Shown one piece after another: positions 42,101 through 57,100 of a stretch of DNA of 64,000 nt. Below the pieces are notes generated by a model. It saw only the letters and a program-made list of their open reading frames with translations. It had not been told where the DNA came from and ran no database searches. Source of the stretch: Lytechinus pictus (taxonomy: Eukaryota). The position numbers were made by a program, and so were the translations under genes. The stretch covers positions 8,062,001-8,126,000 of the forward strand of contig NC_087249.1 in NCBI RefSeq assembly GCF_037042905.1, in the 5' to 3' direction. Position 1 is the first letter of the stretch. Every line of letters starts with the position of its first letter.

Positions 42101-45100
42101 TCCCGACCATATTTCTTTCATGATAAGATTTCTCTGCTATATTTCACAGTTCAAGTATGGACAGTAGGAAACTATCACTGGTACCTCAAACAAAGCCTTC
42201 ACTTCTCCGCCAATCAGAGAGTAACTGCTCTGACCTTTGATCCTGAGCATGCCAATCAGCTTCATCTGCTGAATAGCGCAGGACAGTACTTGAGATACAG
42301 CTGGACCTGGCAGACGGCCAACAGTAGAGGGCTGGGTGAAAACGACCAGGCTATCACTGCGGTTATTGATGGAAGTAAGTGCAATCACTGATCATGTAAA
42401 AAAAACAGTCTAATCCTTCAAAATGGATATTTGGATTTTTAAAACAAGCGATTTTACAAAATGCTTTAGAATTTCTATTTCTTTTACTGTATCTGAAGCA
42501 AAAAAAAAAATCGTTCTTCGGAGGGGGGACTGTTTTGTTTTCTCATAATTTCTTAATACTGCAACTTAATTGATACAAGAAGAAGTCAATAAGTGGTATT
42601 TATTCTGTACATTCTTTGCTAGTAATTATCCCAACTTTTACTGTCACTAATTCTGCCTTTCTTGTATCTTGCATCCTTCAATGTCTATAAAAGAGAGGAA
42701 TGATTAATTAAAAGGAACATTCATCACAAATAGGTTTAAAATTTACCTTTGTTAATGTCTCATCAATGCCAAATGAGGAACGCATATATTCCAGTTATGG
42801 TATCTCGATTGAAAAATGAGTTCGAACTTGATAAACGAAATGACCAGTCTACTATTCATATATGCCTTATGTTAAAATGAGTAAAGAAAAAGCACAGTAA
42901 TTGGCTAAACACACATGATATGTTGTCTGTAGCAATAAAGAAATACATGCCTCATGCCCTTTTCTTTCTTAGGGATCTTCAGCCTTCTTGTTTTTAGCCT
43001 AGACTTCATTGTATCATAATGTATAGTCTGTGTAAAATATAACAGACCTCACTATACAGATCTAGATCTACAATGATATGGTTACAATTAACTTATGATT
43101 TAAAGATCTTCTTTGAGATCATTGCTTATAATTACACTAACTTGATTTGAACTTTAATAATGCTATAATGTAATTTCAATTTTACTTCATTGCAGAGGAT
43201 ATATTAGTGACGCCTTTTAAGAGAATGATAGTGCCCCCACCCATATCGGCCTACACATTGATGATGCCGACATTTGTCAATCAAGTGGTCTTAGCTCCGC
43301 CCCCATATAGCAACAACATGGCAGTAGTGCTGCAGGACGGCCGTATCGCATTTTACACACACAAGACTGGTGAGCTTCAAGCAGTATAAGCCAGGGGCTG
43401 TTTCATAAAGCTGTTCAGAAGTTAAAAATGACTAAGACCGACTGGTGATCCTTTCTTGTGGTAAATGATATTCACCATTAACTATTCATCGGTGATTATT
43501 TAGCGTGTAAGAAAGGTTCACCAGTCGTTCTTAAAGTTGTTCTTAACTTACAAACAGCTTTATGAAACACCCACCTGGTGTTATTGCAGCTTTGCAATCT
43601 GTTACTAGTGCCAAGGGGCTGCCCTCCCCTTAAAAAATAAATAAATAAAATTCAGAAAGATAGAAGACAAATATTTTCTCAAGTAGCTTGAAGGAAAGAT
43701 AAGGGTTAGTTGGAGAAGACCGTAAGCAGTTGGTCGACTGGTTGCTTACTAACAAGCAGTCATGCTTTCTTAGCAGTGATGTGAAATAACCATCATTGCC
43801 ACCTTTATTTATTGAATGTAAGAAAAAACAACACATATGGTGGATGATTAGCATAAATACTACTTAATTGGAAGCTCTAAAATCACCACTGAATAGGGTG
43901 AGTGGTATATTGTGATATATAAAATTAAAAAAATTACTTAATGATATTGCCCTTTTAATACAATTGAAGATGGAGTAATGAAAATAATGAGTCTACAGCA
44001 AAATCTATAATTCTGATGATCACTAACACAGAAAAGCATATGTGGGACAATGTATTAATTTTATTCCAGAGCTATTTGGCACATATTTTTATTTATACAT
44101 ACAAACACTGTGGTGGTAATTTCATTAGGTTCTTTTTTGAACTCATTTTGAGATCGTTACCACAACCGGTATTTATCTTTAATGTTGTGACTTAATATTG
44201 CTTTTGTGTTTTATTTTCATGAAGATGGTGAAGATGATAAAGAAGATACTTCTGTCAAACTGGTTGCGGCTGGTGGAAATGGATTCAAATCTAAGGTATC
44301 CCCTCCCAAGCTCAGAGGAATCGCAAGGTAAAAATACGAATTAAAAAGAATTTTGAAAACAAAACTGTGCATTATTCAACTTGATAACTCTCCAGAAAAG
44401 TGTCTACCTAATCTAGAATATTTACAATTCAAATTTTGAATCATATTTTCCAATACCTGGACCCAATAGCATAAATGTTAGCAATGGATTGCTTATATCA
44501 AAGAACAATTTTGATTGGTTCCTTGGCAGCATTTGAACAAAATGCAAATGCAACAAAGATCTTGATTAGTTTGATTTATCCATTGATTGCATATCATTTG
44601 TTACAAAGCCCAATAAATTAAATCAAATTCAAGTTCATATGAATGCCCTACTTCTTGGATCTGTTTTTCTTCTGGGTTCAATTTCTTCCATTAAAATTAT
44701 TTATTTCTTGTAAATTTCATCCTGGCATTTTAAAAACAACCTTGTAGATTTCAGGATGTAATTAACTATGATTGACAGGTTGTAAGAGTCCAGAGACAAA
44801 AGAGAATGTTGTAGATTTCGTGATTGGTATGTCCCGTAGTTAACTCATGTATATTTCATTCTGCTATGTAATACACCTGTAGTTTCAGAAGTTCACTGTC
44901 CTTCCAGTGACCTTTACGAGTTCATGTTTCAATATTCTTTGTAGACAATGAGATAGCTTGATTTTAATTTTTTTTTAATGCAAAAATAAGAGTGTAAATG
45001 GATGAAAAGTGGTTGTGAAATTTGTTTCATACATGATTGTGTACTTTTAATACTTAATAATAAAATTACATAATAAAACTTACATTTATGTAGTGTATTA

Positions 45101-48100
45101 CATTTCAATGATACACATTTTAATTCATCAAATATATTGAATAGAATAATTATTTTGTGTAATTTCAATTTGATAACTAATATGCTATATATTAAATCAA
45201 TTTTTTAGTTAAGTACATGTAATTTTACTTTTGGATATTCTATGCAGGAAAGTATAAATCACGTAGTTATCAGCCGATACCAGTGCCAACAATATCCAAT
45301 AAAAATAAAAAAATCATATTACAGCTTGTGCATCCCTCAGTTTTGCTTTAATAGGAAGTTGAAAGTTGCAAAAGTATTTTCAAATGACTATTTATATTGA
45401 ATTTACGTGTAAATTGACATGTTACATTTAGTAGTCAAATTATATTTAACTAAATATATTTTTAAAATACCTATTTCATGGCAGGATTATTGATGAATCT
45501 GGTAATCCAGTATCTTTGGATCTGCCGTTTCATCTTCATCATTTCATGTGGATCAGAGCTGACTGCCTGGTCGCAGTGTCGTACAGTGATAAGGACTGTG
45601 TTAGCTCATTACATCATATCAAATGTGCGGGACTTGGAAGTGCTGAATTGAAATTAGTGTGGTAAGTCTGAATACTAGTATTTTTGTCTAAAATCATTTA
45701 TTTTTAAAGATATATCTAATCTGCCCTGCTAATATGTATAAGCAAACAGAATTGAAAGTTTCAAGCTATTATTTAGTTATTTTGAAAAATACCAAAAAGT
45801 TTTTTTGTAAGAATGTATGTGAAATTATGGGAATAGTTTGTACAGGCTATTACTTCATTCTTTTCATGATGTGTGTGAAATTTTGAGAGAATTAGTGTGC
45901 ACAGCACACAGATGCATGCTCCTTTGGCATATTTGTGAACTAGTATTGGAAATAAGTGAAAGGCATGATCAGTATAACAATGCAAGCCTTGCTTAGAGTT
46001 TAATATGTACAGCGGGATTCCAAATAATTCTTGATCATAATGTGTAACCAGCCACCCCAAAAGCAACAATAATTTGCCAGGGAAGGTTCTCAGTATGATA
46101 AATAGGAAAAATAGTAATTCGTTCCTCAGAAAGCAAAAAAATAAGAATAAATAACTAAACTTAGCTTATCTGAAAGAGAATTTTAACATTTTAGCATCCC
46201 ATAAGTTAGGACAGAGTTAGACCATGGTCTAAGTTAAACCGAGTTCAGAATACTGACTAAAGGGTTAAGTATTTTGATGTTTTAGTATATAAGTCTTCCC
46301 TGTTTTCACTCCCCCCCCCCCTCCCACCATCATAGCAATCAAGAAGAAAGCCAACCGATATTTGGTGAGGTTGTCACCGTCAGTTGCCGTGGTGATGAAG
46401 GCTCACTGGCAATCCAGTTAGATGATGGAACAGTAGTGGATGAGAACAATGAGTTCATCACCAAATTGCCCCAACGATGCTCGCATGTCGCTGTTTGTAA
46501 ATTGGCTGGCCAGGTGAGTTGCCCCGTTTGATCAAACTTGTCATTAATCGCAAGTTTCACACTATAGTTATTTGTGATTGTAGTACTGCAATTCGATTAG
46601 TGAAAAGTGAAGAAGTCTAAGAATACCTGTTTTTTATTGATACAAAAGAAGAAGATTAATGTATACACATCCTATGATATATATCCTACAAAATGTAATG
46701 AAAAGTCAAGAATATGTTATTTACCTTACAGATTTTTAGTGGATCCCTCCATATTCTCAGATTTTATAATGTTTATGATAATTTGCTTTTATATATTACT
46801 TTGTTTTACTTCTTGAAATAAAAGTCATATATTGTACTACCTTAATTTATATTGTTTGTACAATTTACATTTGCAAATGTCATTGTTATCATATAAGACC
46901 ATTTTCCTTTTGTTCTGTTGAAAATGAAATAAAAACAGTTTGAACAATTTGAAGTATGCTCGTAAATTGTGGATTCAAATGTTTTGTCCTCTGCTTTCTT
47001 ATGTCACCATATTAAATTCATACAATTTGCAATTATGTTAAACCTTTAATTTAAAATAAATAATAAATGAAAGAAAATATGGCTTAATATTTACTTAATT
47101 TGTAGTTATTGATTAACTTAATTGTTTTTTCTATAGGAAGCAATTCTGGGGCTAACTGAGCGGTATCGTTTCTATGTCAACGAGATGGAGATTGCATCCA
47201 ACGTCACTTCATTTGCAATAACTAATGAGTTTTTAGTCCTCACTACTCACAGCCACACTTGTCGTTGTATCAGCCTGGATACCAAATTAGAGGGTAAGAT
47301 TCTATTTGATTTTGAAAAAAAAATTTTTTTTACAAAATTGCTAACAATTTAAATAATGTGTTTGTTGACATGGTGTATTGTAACCACAAAAGTCGTTACG
47401 ATTGCTCCTTTAATCCTTTAAAAACAACAACATTATATTGAATGAGAAAGTCTGCTAAATTAAGCACCAAAAACCAGGTATTGTCTGCTAAATTCTGTAG
47501 AACTCCATAACGTTCACTGCTCCTGAATTATGTGTGATAGGCATTCAAATAGGGAGCAGCAAAAGCTTTGTAATTGTGTGTATGCTTAGCAGGAATCCAC
47601 TGTGCACCAGCCCGAGAGGCTCGGCCATCTGCTGCAATTGTTGTGTTGTGCAGTGCAACTGCATCAAAAATTTCTCTGTTATGCATCGATATTAATATAT
47701 GTATGAAATGGTGGAACATCGACAGAAATAGACCTACATGTAGAAATGGTCTCAGAAGTATAAGACTAAATACAGATTTCAGTATAGGGGTGTTCGGAAG
47801 TCTGATAGAGGATTCTTATTTTACATTGATTTCATTGGGGCTAATAAGGCTTTCACATGGCTATACATGTACATGTATCTAGGCCACCGTGAACTGAATC
47901 ATGTAAAACTTTGTGTGCAAAGGTTCTTCAACCCCTGATCATAAAAAATAATCATTTTGAAGCACAAAAAAAATGTTTTAAACTACGTCACTTTTTAAAC
48001 TCTATATAGACATGATCCTTTTGACAAGTGATTAAAGGAAAATTGACTCTGCTCTTTACTTTTTTTTCTTCAAGATTTGAAGTTTGCTGCATTTTATTTC

Positions 48101-51100
48101 ACTCATATAAGAAAGTGAAGATTATTTGGTTGCTTTGTCTCAAAATTTGCGATTATACCAAATTGCACAATATTTAGTACATGCAGTATTTGATTCGCAC
48201 AGATCTGGCAACCTTGAGTGAAGGCAAGGCGGTCTCCCTGGACGAGAGCATGAGAAGGGTGGAGCGAGGATCCCGCATCGTCACGGCGATAGCGTCCGAC
48301 ACCCGCCTGGTGCTGCAGATGCCCAGGGGGAACCTTGAGACGATCCACCCCAGAGCTCTGGTGCTTGCATCCATCAAGAGATGCCTGGATGCCCTGAAGT
48401 ACAAGGAAGCCTTCACGGTGATGAGGCGACATAGGATCGACATGAATCTCATCGTGGACCATAACCCACAGGTAGGTTGGAACATAATTATATACCTTTA
48501 CTTATAGGTGACACGACATTTGATCCTGCAACATTTGCTCTGGTCTTAATATCTCAGAGGGCAAAGGGCTAGAGTTAAGATTGTAATATAGGTTCTGGTC
48601 CAGAATAATGTGAAGATGAGGATTAGGGTTTATTTAGTTTGAGGTTAGGTTTCATATTTGGCTTTAACATGCAGATTTTCCTTCAGAGCAATTGTTGCTG
48701 GAGCAAATGACATGGAACTATTATAGGACCATATGGGAGGTGTTTCTCAAAGAGTGTGATTTAGAGTCACACTTAGTGCCGATGTGCACATGATATGTAA
48801 TGCACAATTAATTAATTCACAGTAGCGGGCATCCTACTACCATCATTTGGCCAATGCGGTGATGCCTTCTATACCGGGGGGAAGAGGGGGGTTATTGGTA
48901 AATATGCTTAAAATTTTGGAAAATATTGACGTTTCTGTATGCTGGATATCTGTTATCCTAACCAAGCACTTTCCTGTGTTTCATAGCTTCTCCTGAACAA
49001 CATAGATGCCCTGGTCACCCAGCTAGATGACTCCACCAGCCTCAATCTTATACTGATGGACCTGAAAGAGGAGAGTGTTACTGAGACCATGTATGCTGCA
49101 GCCTACCACACCCCTGCCCCGCCCTTCATCCTGGGGGCGGGGCAAACCAGTAAGGTAGATGTGATCTGTGATGCCGTCATGGAGAGTCTACAAAGACTGA
49201 ATCCAAATAGGTAGGTTAGAATATACCACACCCCTGCCCCACCCCTCATATTGGGGGTGGGACAAACCAGTAAGGTAGATGTGATCTGTGATGCAGTAAT
49301 GGAGAGTTTGCGCAAACTAAATGTTCCAGCCTCTGTCACTTTTTCCCTTTTCATGAAAATGTATCCACCTGGGTTGAAAATGGATAATTGAAAAAGCATA
49401 GATTTTGGTGGCATATGTGGTGTTTAGAATGGAAGCTAATATGCTTAACCTTTGTAATTACAGGATTGAATTCATACGATTTATTTCCATTTCACAATTG
49501 TAAATTGTCAGTTTTTAAGAGTCTAAAATTTTTATCACAGTGCACATACATGATCTTGTGAAGTTTGTTCCTCTTAAAAATGGTCATTTCTATGACTACC
49601 AAAAGGGTCATTTGGGTCAAACCATTAATAATTCTTCCATGAATGTGCTATAACCAGACAGCATGTTGATAATAAATGTCCAGAATAATAAAGTCAGTAT
49701 TCGAATACCTTCCAATTTATGTTAATTCTCGCTATCGACAATAACCAAAAGTTCCCGCATGCAGATCACATCACGCCTTTCACTTGGTAGCTTAAATGTC
49801 AAAATAGTAAACAGCAAGAGGGATAACACAAGTAGCAAGTTTTGAAATATTTCCTGCTCGAAATGTAAGAAGAGATTGAGAACACGGTGCGGAAGCAGAT
49901 GCAACGAGACTACTGCAAGCTACAGTAGAAGAAGACCAGGGGCCTGTCTTACAAAGCGATTGATCCGATCAATTGCAACTATGGAAAGCCAGCAAAGTCA
50001 ACATATAAAATGCATGTTTGCTCAAAAAATTGTCTAGATATGAATGTATATCCATAAATTCATTGATTTCTTGACAATTTGGTGTGTTCTCCATTGTTTA
50101 CAAAGGACATTTTGCAAATTTCCTGTAGAAAAAATTATGACACTGATGGATTTCCATAGAGGTATGACTGATTGGATCAATCGTAACTCTTTGTATGACA
50201 GGGCAGTTGTTGGGTCACATCTCACTGAACAAGAAGTAGAATTTCTAGTTCAGTGCACGAAGTAAATAGCAATTCATGCCAGGTGCTACACCCAGGAACT
50301 TTCGTTGACATTCGTTAGTGAGAATCGTGGTGCCATCCTTCTGTATAATATTATTTTTCCTTTTTTTATTTTGAAGATACTTCTTATCAGTCCTCGCCTG
50401 CCATGCCAAGAAGACCAAACCCGAGCTAGAGAAGGCCTTAGAAAGGATCAAAGTTAGGCAAGGTCAAGGGTCAAGCAACGAGACTGATTGTCCTTCATCA
50501 GACGAGGCTCTCCGGTATCTCCTCTATCTAGTGGATGTCAATGAACTCTACAATGTAGCTCTTGGAACCTATGATTTTGACCTTGTCCTCATGGTTGCTG
50601 ATAAATCACAAAAGGTAAGTTAGCCATAGCGTGTTTTCCTTCAGCAAGAAATTTACTCACATTGTGCTGCACTCAACCCAGGTGAGGTGAATCGGTACCC
50701 GGTAGGAATAAATTCCTTGAATGCTTGAGCGCCTATAGGTAGCCGAGCTAAAGCCGGGGTAATAATGATAGCAGGGCCAACTGGGTGACCAGTTTTTGGA
50801 ACTGAAGAGGCTACCCTGGGTAAATATGTCATGATTATTATGTCTCCTGTGTTTTGTGCAGATTGCAGTCTATTGAATATTTTCATTCAGTGCTATGTAT
50901 CTGTCCTAAATCTACATAAATATTTGATTCTCCTGCAGTTGAATTTAGTACTCAATGGCCCATATTCTCAAAAGAGGTTTCAATTTTAATGGTTTATGCA
51001 GATTTCCTGTATTATTGTGCTTCAATTAGGCGCCCTTGCCAATGGTGTTCTCAAGTGATTGTAACTGGCAGTTCATGAAGTGGAAGTAAGAATGTATAAG

Positions 51101-54100
51101 AATGGGCATCGGATATACAAAACATTGATTATTTTATATGGCATTGCCGAGCTCACCTTATATCGAAATCCAGTGATTTATTAAAGTGTATGACCAATAT
51201 TCCATTTTCATCCAATTTTTTTTCAGGACCCTAAGGAGTACTTACCATTTTTGAACCAGCTGAGGAATATGTACCCAGACTACCAGCGCTACTCCATAGA
51301 CAAGCACCTCAAGCGATATGCGAAGGCTCTGGGCCACGTGAGCCGGTGTCCTGACCACTTCTCAGAGTGTTTAGATCTCGTCAGAGAACAGAGACTCTAC
51401 CCTGAGGCATTGAAGCTGTTCAAGAGAGGGGATCACCAGTACAAGGTATGCCCCCATTTCATCATTCATTAAGATGATTGAGATCAATAGTCCACCGGGC
51501 CAACCTCCTCTGTGTTACTTTCCTGATAAGATTTGTGTCTGTTCTCTGTTTCATTTGTGTAATCATTTCAAGTTATCATGACTGATGAAGTGAGAATGGT
51601 TAAACATGGTTGTTGGACATATAAAACGGTTTGATAATTTTATGGAATTTCCCACCAGTAACACATTTCCAAATAATTGAAGGCATCTGGGTCATTTAGT
51701 AAAAATCTAAAAGAGAAAAATTACAGTGACATAACAGGGCACACAGGAAATCATGAATCAATTTTTTTTTCCAGGCCATTGCAAAAATCTACGGAGAGTA
51801 CCTTCAGGAGAAGAACCGCTACTTGGAGGCTGCCCTCATGTACGAGATGTGTGACAACCTCGAGGGGGCGCTAGAGATGTACCAGAAATGCAGCAATTGG
51901 CAAGAGGTGTTCTCCCTCACTGCTCGACTAAAATACAGTACTGGGGATGAGATGGAGTTGGCAAGGAAAATAGCAGGTATATTTCTGCATTATAGAATGT
52001 TAACCACCTGAAAATAATACGCATGCCATTAAAAAAGTATGAATTATCTTGAATACCTCCAAGCATTCTATTGGTCAACAGTAAGGAAGCAGTGAGGAAT
52101 GTATGATGACTGTTGTGGTGTTCACATGAAATGTAATTTGACTTGGGAATACGCAAGCCTGCCTTTTGAAAGGGTGTGTATAGGTGCGTTGAGGATGCTA
52201 CATGTATGCCACTAGTCTTCGTTGTGCATAATAATCTTGCAATATCATTTTTGTTTAATGTTTGGAGCTCATTAGTTTAATAAACTATGATGATATCAAC
52301 ATTTTATACGCGTATTACAATATTCTATTTCTCAGGTGACTATTGCAATTTAGATTTGTGTGTGTGTGTGTGTCATTGGTTAGTTAGTATGTGTTAAATA
52401 TGTTATTACTTTATATACATTGAATTCTTTGTTTGTTTGTTTTTCGCCTTTGGAAGTGTAAATGATTTGCATTAAATTGAATTACATTGAACTACTAAAG
52501 CTTCCTTTCTTGGTAGACCTACCGGGACCAGGTTGCTTAAATTTCATTAAATTGATGCCCTTTTCATGGTAACTTTGTCATCAGTGACGACTTTATGGAA
52601 ACCTTGATTTTGATTGGCTGTTTAGCAATATTTCTTTTGTAGTTTACATTGATACTTGTATTTGTGCTACCATTAATTTGGTACAGATGCCTTGGCCTAG
52701 TGGTCTGAGGCACATGATAAGACACATGAAAGTCCAAGGTTCAATTCTTGGCCGCCTTTGGCAAGGCTTACGGAAAAAAAATTATCATTGGAAGATTTGA
52801 TGAAATATAACCATGCCCTGTACATTTTTATCACTGTTTTATGCATTCAAAATATGAATATTTCATCCGATAGGTCAGCTGGCAAGTAATAGAAGGCACT
52901 CGGAAGCAGCGGTTGTACTGATAGAGTATGCCAATGATCTTGAAGAGGCCATCACAACTCTGGTGGATGGGGCACAGTGGGAAGAGGCTCTAAGATTGGT
53001 GAGCATATCAGTTATAAGATACCAGGCAAAAAAAAAATAATAATAATTTTTGGAAGCTACTTTTCACAACTTACTGCCTTAATCTGCAACATTGGATAAG
53101 CTTTAACATTGAAATGAATGGGAACTTTCCAGGGCTCCTTTTTCCCCCTGTAAAATAGGTTTCATATGTGGAAGAGTTGGTGCTTTGTAAAACTAACTAC
53201 CTTGCCAGCTGGAGTAGAATTGAACTCTCTACATATGATGTTATACATTTCGAATATTGATGACATTTGTTTGAGGAAAAATTGCTTCAGAAATTACTAA
53301 ATCTCATAAAGGTAATCAATAATTGTGTGCTTTGAAGTACTCAACAAGTCACACAATGGAATATCAGTTTTTGCAACAACAAAAAATATGCCAACTGCTG
53401 TGCATATCACTGCAAGGAGTGGCAGAGTTGATGTCCATATCACTGTGTGATTTTAAGGACGTTCCACAGTTATGTTTGTGCGCATCATGATCTGCGCATA
53501 TTTTACACCCTGCGCGCTGACGTCACAATAGATGAACTGGTGATTAAATCAGCTGTACCGGGTAATGTCAGCTAATTTTTCTCCTTATCTGCACTATAAC
53601 TGCAGATCTGATGTGTTATTTTATGAAGCTATTAAGCTAATAAACTGGAATTATTCCATTGACCATTTTTTTCATTCCTCTACAATTTCAAAATAGTTTC
53701 TCTGTAGTGCTGTAAAGTATGATGAATATGACCCCGAGTAAATGGAAAAGTGGTTCGGAATTTTTCCTCACATAATAGATACTGCTTTTGGCGCGTTTTC
53801 GGGTGTTTTAAGAAGCAAATTTGCTCTAATAAGAGTGCTGATAGTTTGAAAACAAGCACATGAACCCATATTTTTTAATGTTTGCACCATAGGTATACCT
53901 GATCCTCTACAACAAAGTTTGGTGAAAATGACATGGGTTTTGAATAAAGTGCAGCATTTCTTTTACTTCTCAAGTTTGTTATTGAAATTTGAAATTTTTT
54001 AGGTTAAGTATCTTTCCCGCAATTCTTAAGAACATCATCCATTTGGGTAAACTTTGAAGCTCTATAGCAAAAAATCAAGCACATGGACCCGTGCTAATTT

Positions 54101-57100
54101 TTGCATATTTGGAATATTCAGGTGCTAAAGTATCTATGTGCAAAGTATGATGAAAATGACATGGATTTTCAATGTTTGGGAGCAAGACTACGGAACCATT
54201 CGCATTTTAGACGGTATTAACAGACTTTTGCTTGTTTCTGGTGCATTTTGGGCCGTTTCAAGCCAACTCGCAATACTTTGGACACTGATAATTTGAAAAC
54301 GAGCACATGGACCCCATAGTTTAAATGTCTTGACTTCTTCAGACTATATATTCCTCTACAAATCTAGAGAGTATGATGGAAATGACATAGATTTCGAATG
54401 TTTGGGAGCAGGACTAATTAAGGAACCATTCGTATTTTAGGCATTTTAGACGGTATTATTAGACTTTTGCATGTTTTCGGCGCATTTTAGGCTGTTTCGA
54501 GCCAACTTGCAACATTTTGGACACTGATAGTTCAAAAACGAGCACATGGACCCCCATGTTTTTAATATTTTAACGTCATCAGAATATATTTCTCTGCAAA
54601 TCTAGAGAGTATGATGAAAATGACATGGATTTTGAATGTTTGGGAGCGAAATATGAAACCATTTGCATTTTAGACGGTATTATCATACTTTTTGCTTGTT
54701 TTCGGCGCACTTTAGGTGGATTTCAATATTTTCAAGCCAACTCGCAACACTTTGGATACTGATAGTTTAAAAACAAGCACATGGACCCCATATTTCTAAT
54801 ATTTTAATGCCTTTAGAATATATTCCTCTTAAAATCTAGAGAGTATGATGAAAATGACATGGATTTTGAATGTTAGAGAGCAAAACTACGGAACCATTCG
54901 CATTTTAGACGGTATTATTAGACTTTTGCACGTTTCGGCACATTTTAGGTGGATTTCAATATTTTCAAGCCAACTCGCAACACTTTGGACACTGATAGTT
55001 TAAAAACGAGCTCATGGACCCCATATTTTTAATATTTTAATGCCTTTAGAATATATTCCTCTACAAATCTAGAGAATATGATAACAATGACATGGATTTT
55101 GAATGTTTGGGAGCAAAATATGGAACCATTTGCATTTAGAGGGTATTAAGAGACTTATGCATGTTTTCGGCGCTTTTTAGGCGATTTTCAAGCCAACTTG
55201 CAACACTTGGGACACCAATGGTTTAAAAACGAGCACATGGACCCCATATTTTTAATATTTGAATGTCTTCAGAATATATTCTTCTACAAATCTGGAGAGT
55301 AGGATGAAAATGACATGGATTTTGAATGTTTGGGGGCAAAACTACGGAACCATTCGCATTTTAGACGGTGTTATTAGACTTTTGCACGTTTTGGGCGCAT
55401 TTTGGGCGATTTTCATGCCAACTCGCATCACTTTGGACACTCATAGTTAAAAAACGAGCACATGGACCCCATAATTTTAACTTCCCTACACCTTTGATAT
55501 GCATTCCTCTACAATCTAGCCGAATTTGATGAAAATGACATGGATTTTGAAAAAAGTGCAGCTTACAAAATACTTTTTTAATTTTTGAGCAGATTCACGT
55601 CTTTAAAGATTTGTTTTTTCCGAGTTTTTGCACCATTCTTGCCAAATGAGGGCGCTGCTGACTCCAAATAGATATAGTTTTACCAATTAAAAGACTTTTT
55701 CTTACTTTGGTATACACTTTTTTACATATCTTGAAATTTGATGAAGTTTGATGCGGTATCCACTGAGTAAAGATGATTTAAACTCATTTGGTGAATTTGT
55801 GAGGTCTAAGAGAGGCATAATTCTTTTGATTGCGCAAAATTGCATATCATTCAAATACGGTGACTTTGAAGACCCTTAGAAAAAAAATAAGCACATGAAC
55901 CTATATTAATTTTTGCATTTTCATAATGCATAGATACCAAAGTAACTCTCTGCAAAATTTGGTGAAAATGACATGGACTTCATTTTAACTGTGGAACGTC
56001 CTTAAGTGTTGACCTTTTGGTGTTAGTGTTAGGAAAATCTTTAGTTAGTATAACATCAAACATAAAATAAAGATGATCCTGAAAGTCACTCACTAGGTGT
56101 TGAGCTGTGTAAACTCAGAATAGGTTTTGGAGCTTGGAAGTGCAATCCAAACTGCTTCCAATGCCAACACCATCTCTGGACATGAAATCACCCATTGTGT
56201 AGAAATTGATTGTTAATTGGTTAAATAGATAGGTTGAATTAAATAACTAATAATTCACCAAAGAGCATTATTCAATCAATCACATGGACCTTTTAATGAA
56301 AGTCGGACAACATATTCTTTTGCTAGTATCACTTACTGAATAATCTCCTTTATTTATTTACTTCTCAAAGTTACGTTCAGAGAGATGGCAGGAAATAAAT
56401 GTTTTAATACCAAAGTGGCTGCTTAACAGAGATGTTAACCATTATGATTTAATGGTATTTGATATGAGCAAAAAGTATAAGACTTATATTGTTCTTTGTT
56501 TTTTTTCACAGATGTACAAGCACAAGAGGACTGACTTCATTGAAACAACTTTGAAACCTGCGCTTGTTGAGAGTAAGCTTTATTCGCAGTGAATTCAGAT
56601 CAATACACAAGTGTTTGCAATGGTTTAGTGGGAGACCCCAGTTGTCTGTTATCTTTCATGTTCTTCAGTGTTCTAAATTACATTTCCTGTTCTTTGATGA
56701 CATGTAAAAATGTATGATGAAGTAATTGTGAATAGTGAAAAACTTATTAAAAAATGTAAGTTTCCGTGCTGATAGAAAAATACACATTCTTAAAACTGCG
56801 AACAGGTGTTTTGGTAGATTATTCATTTATGAACAGTTTTGTTTTATTGGAATTCACCTTGATTTTCTTTCTTTTTTTTAGATTTTTTTTTCGTATTTCT
56901 ATAAATAATTCAAATTTTGGGGCCTGAAAAGTTGCATTTTCTTTTATTCTCTCATTCCAGTTTCTTCATTATTTTTTAAGTGGAAAGAAATGTTAAGAAG
57001 CAAAAATGCAAGGCGTTTAAACTAGTGAGTCAATGTGACCCTTATTCATAAAGGAATCTTAAAGAGATTGTGTTTTATATTAGAAAAGTGTATCTTTTAC

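Noticed and set aside
48103..49414. Minus-strand ORFs overlapping ELP1 exons 15-16
   Set aside because: Antisense shadows of GC-rich coding exons and of the exon-16 duplicate
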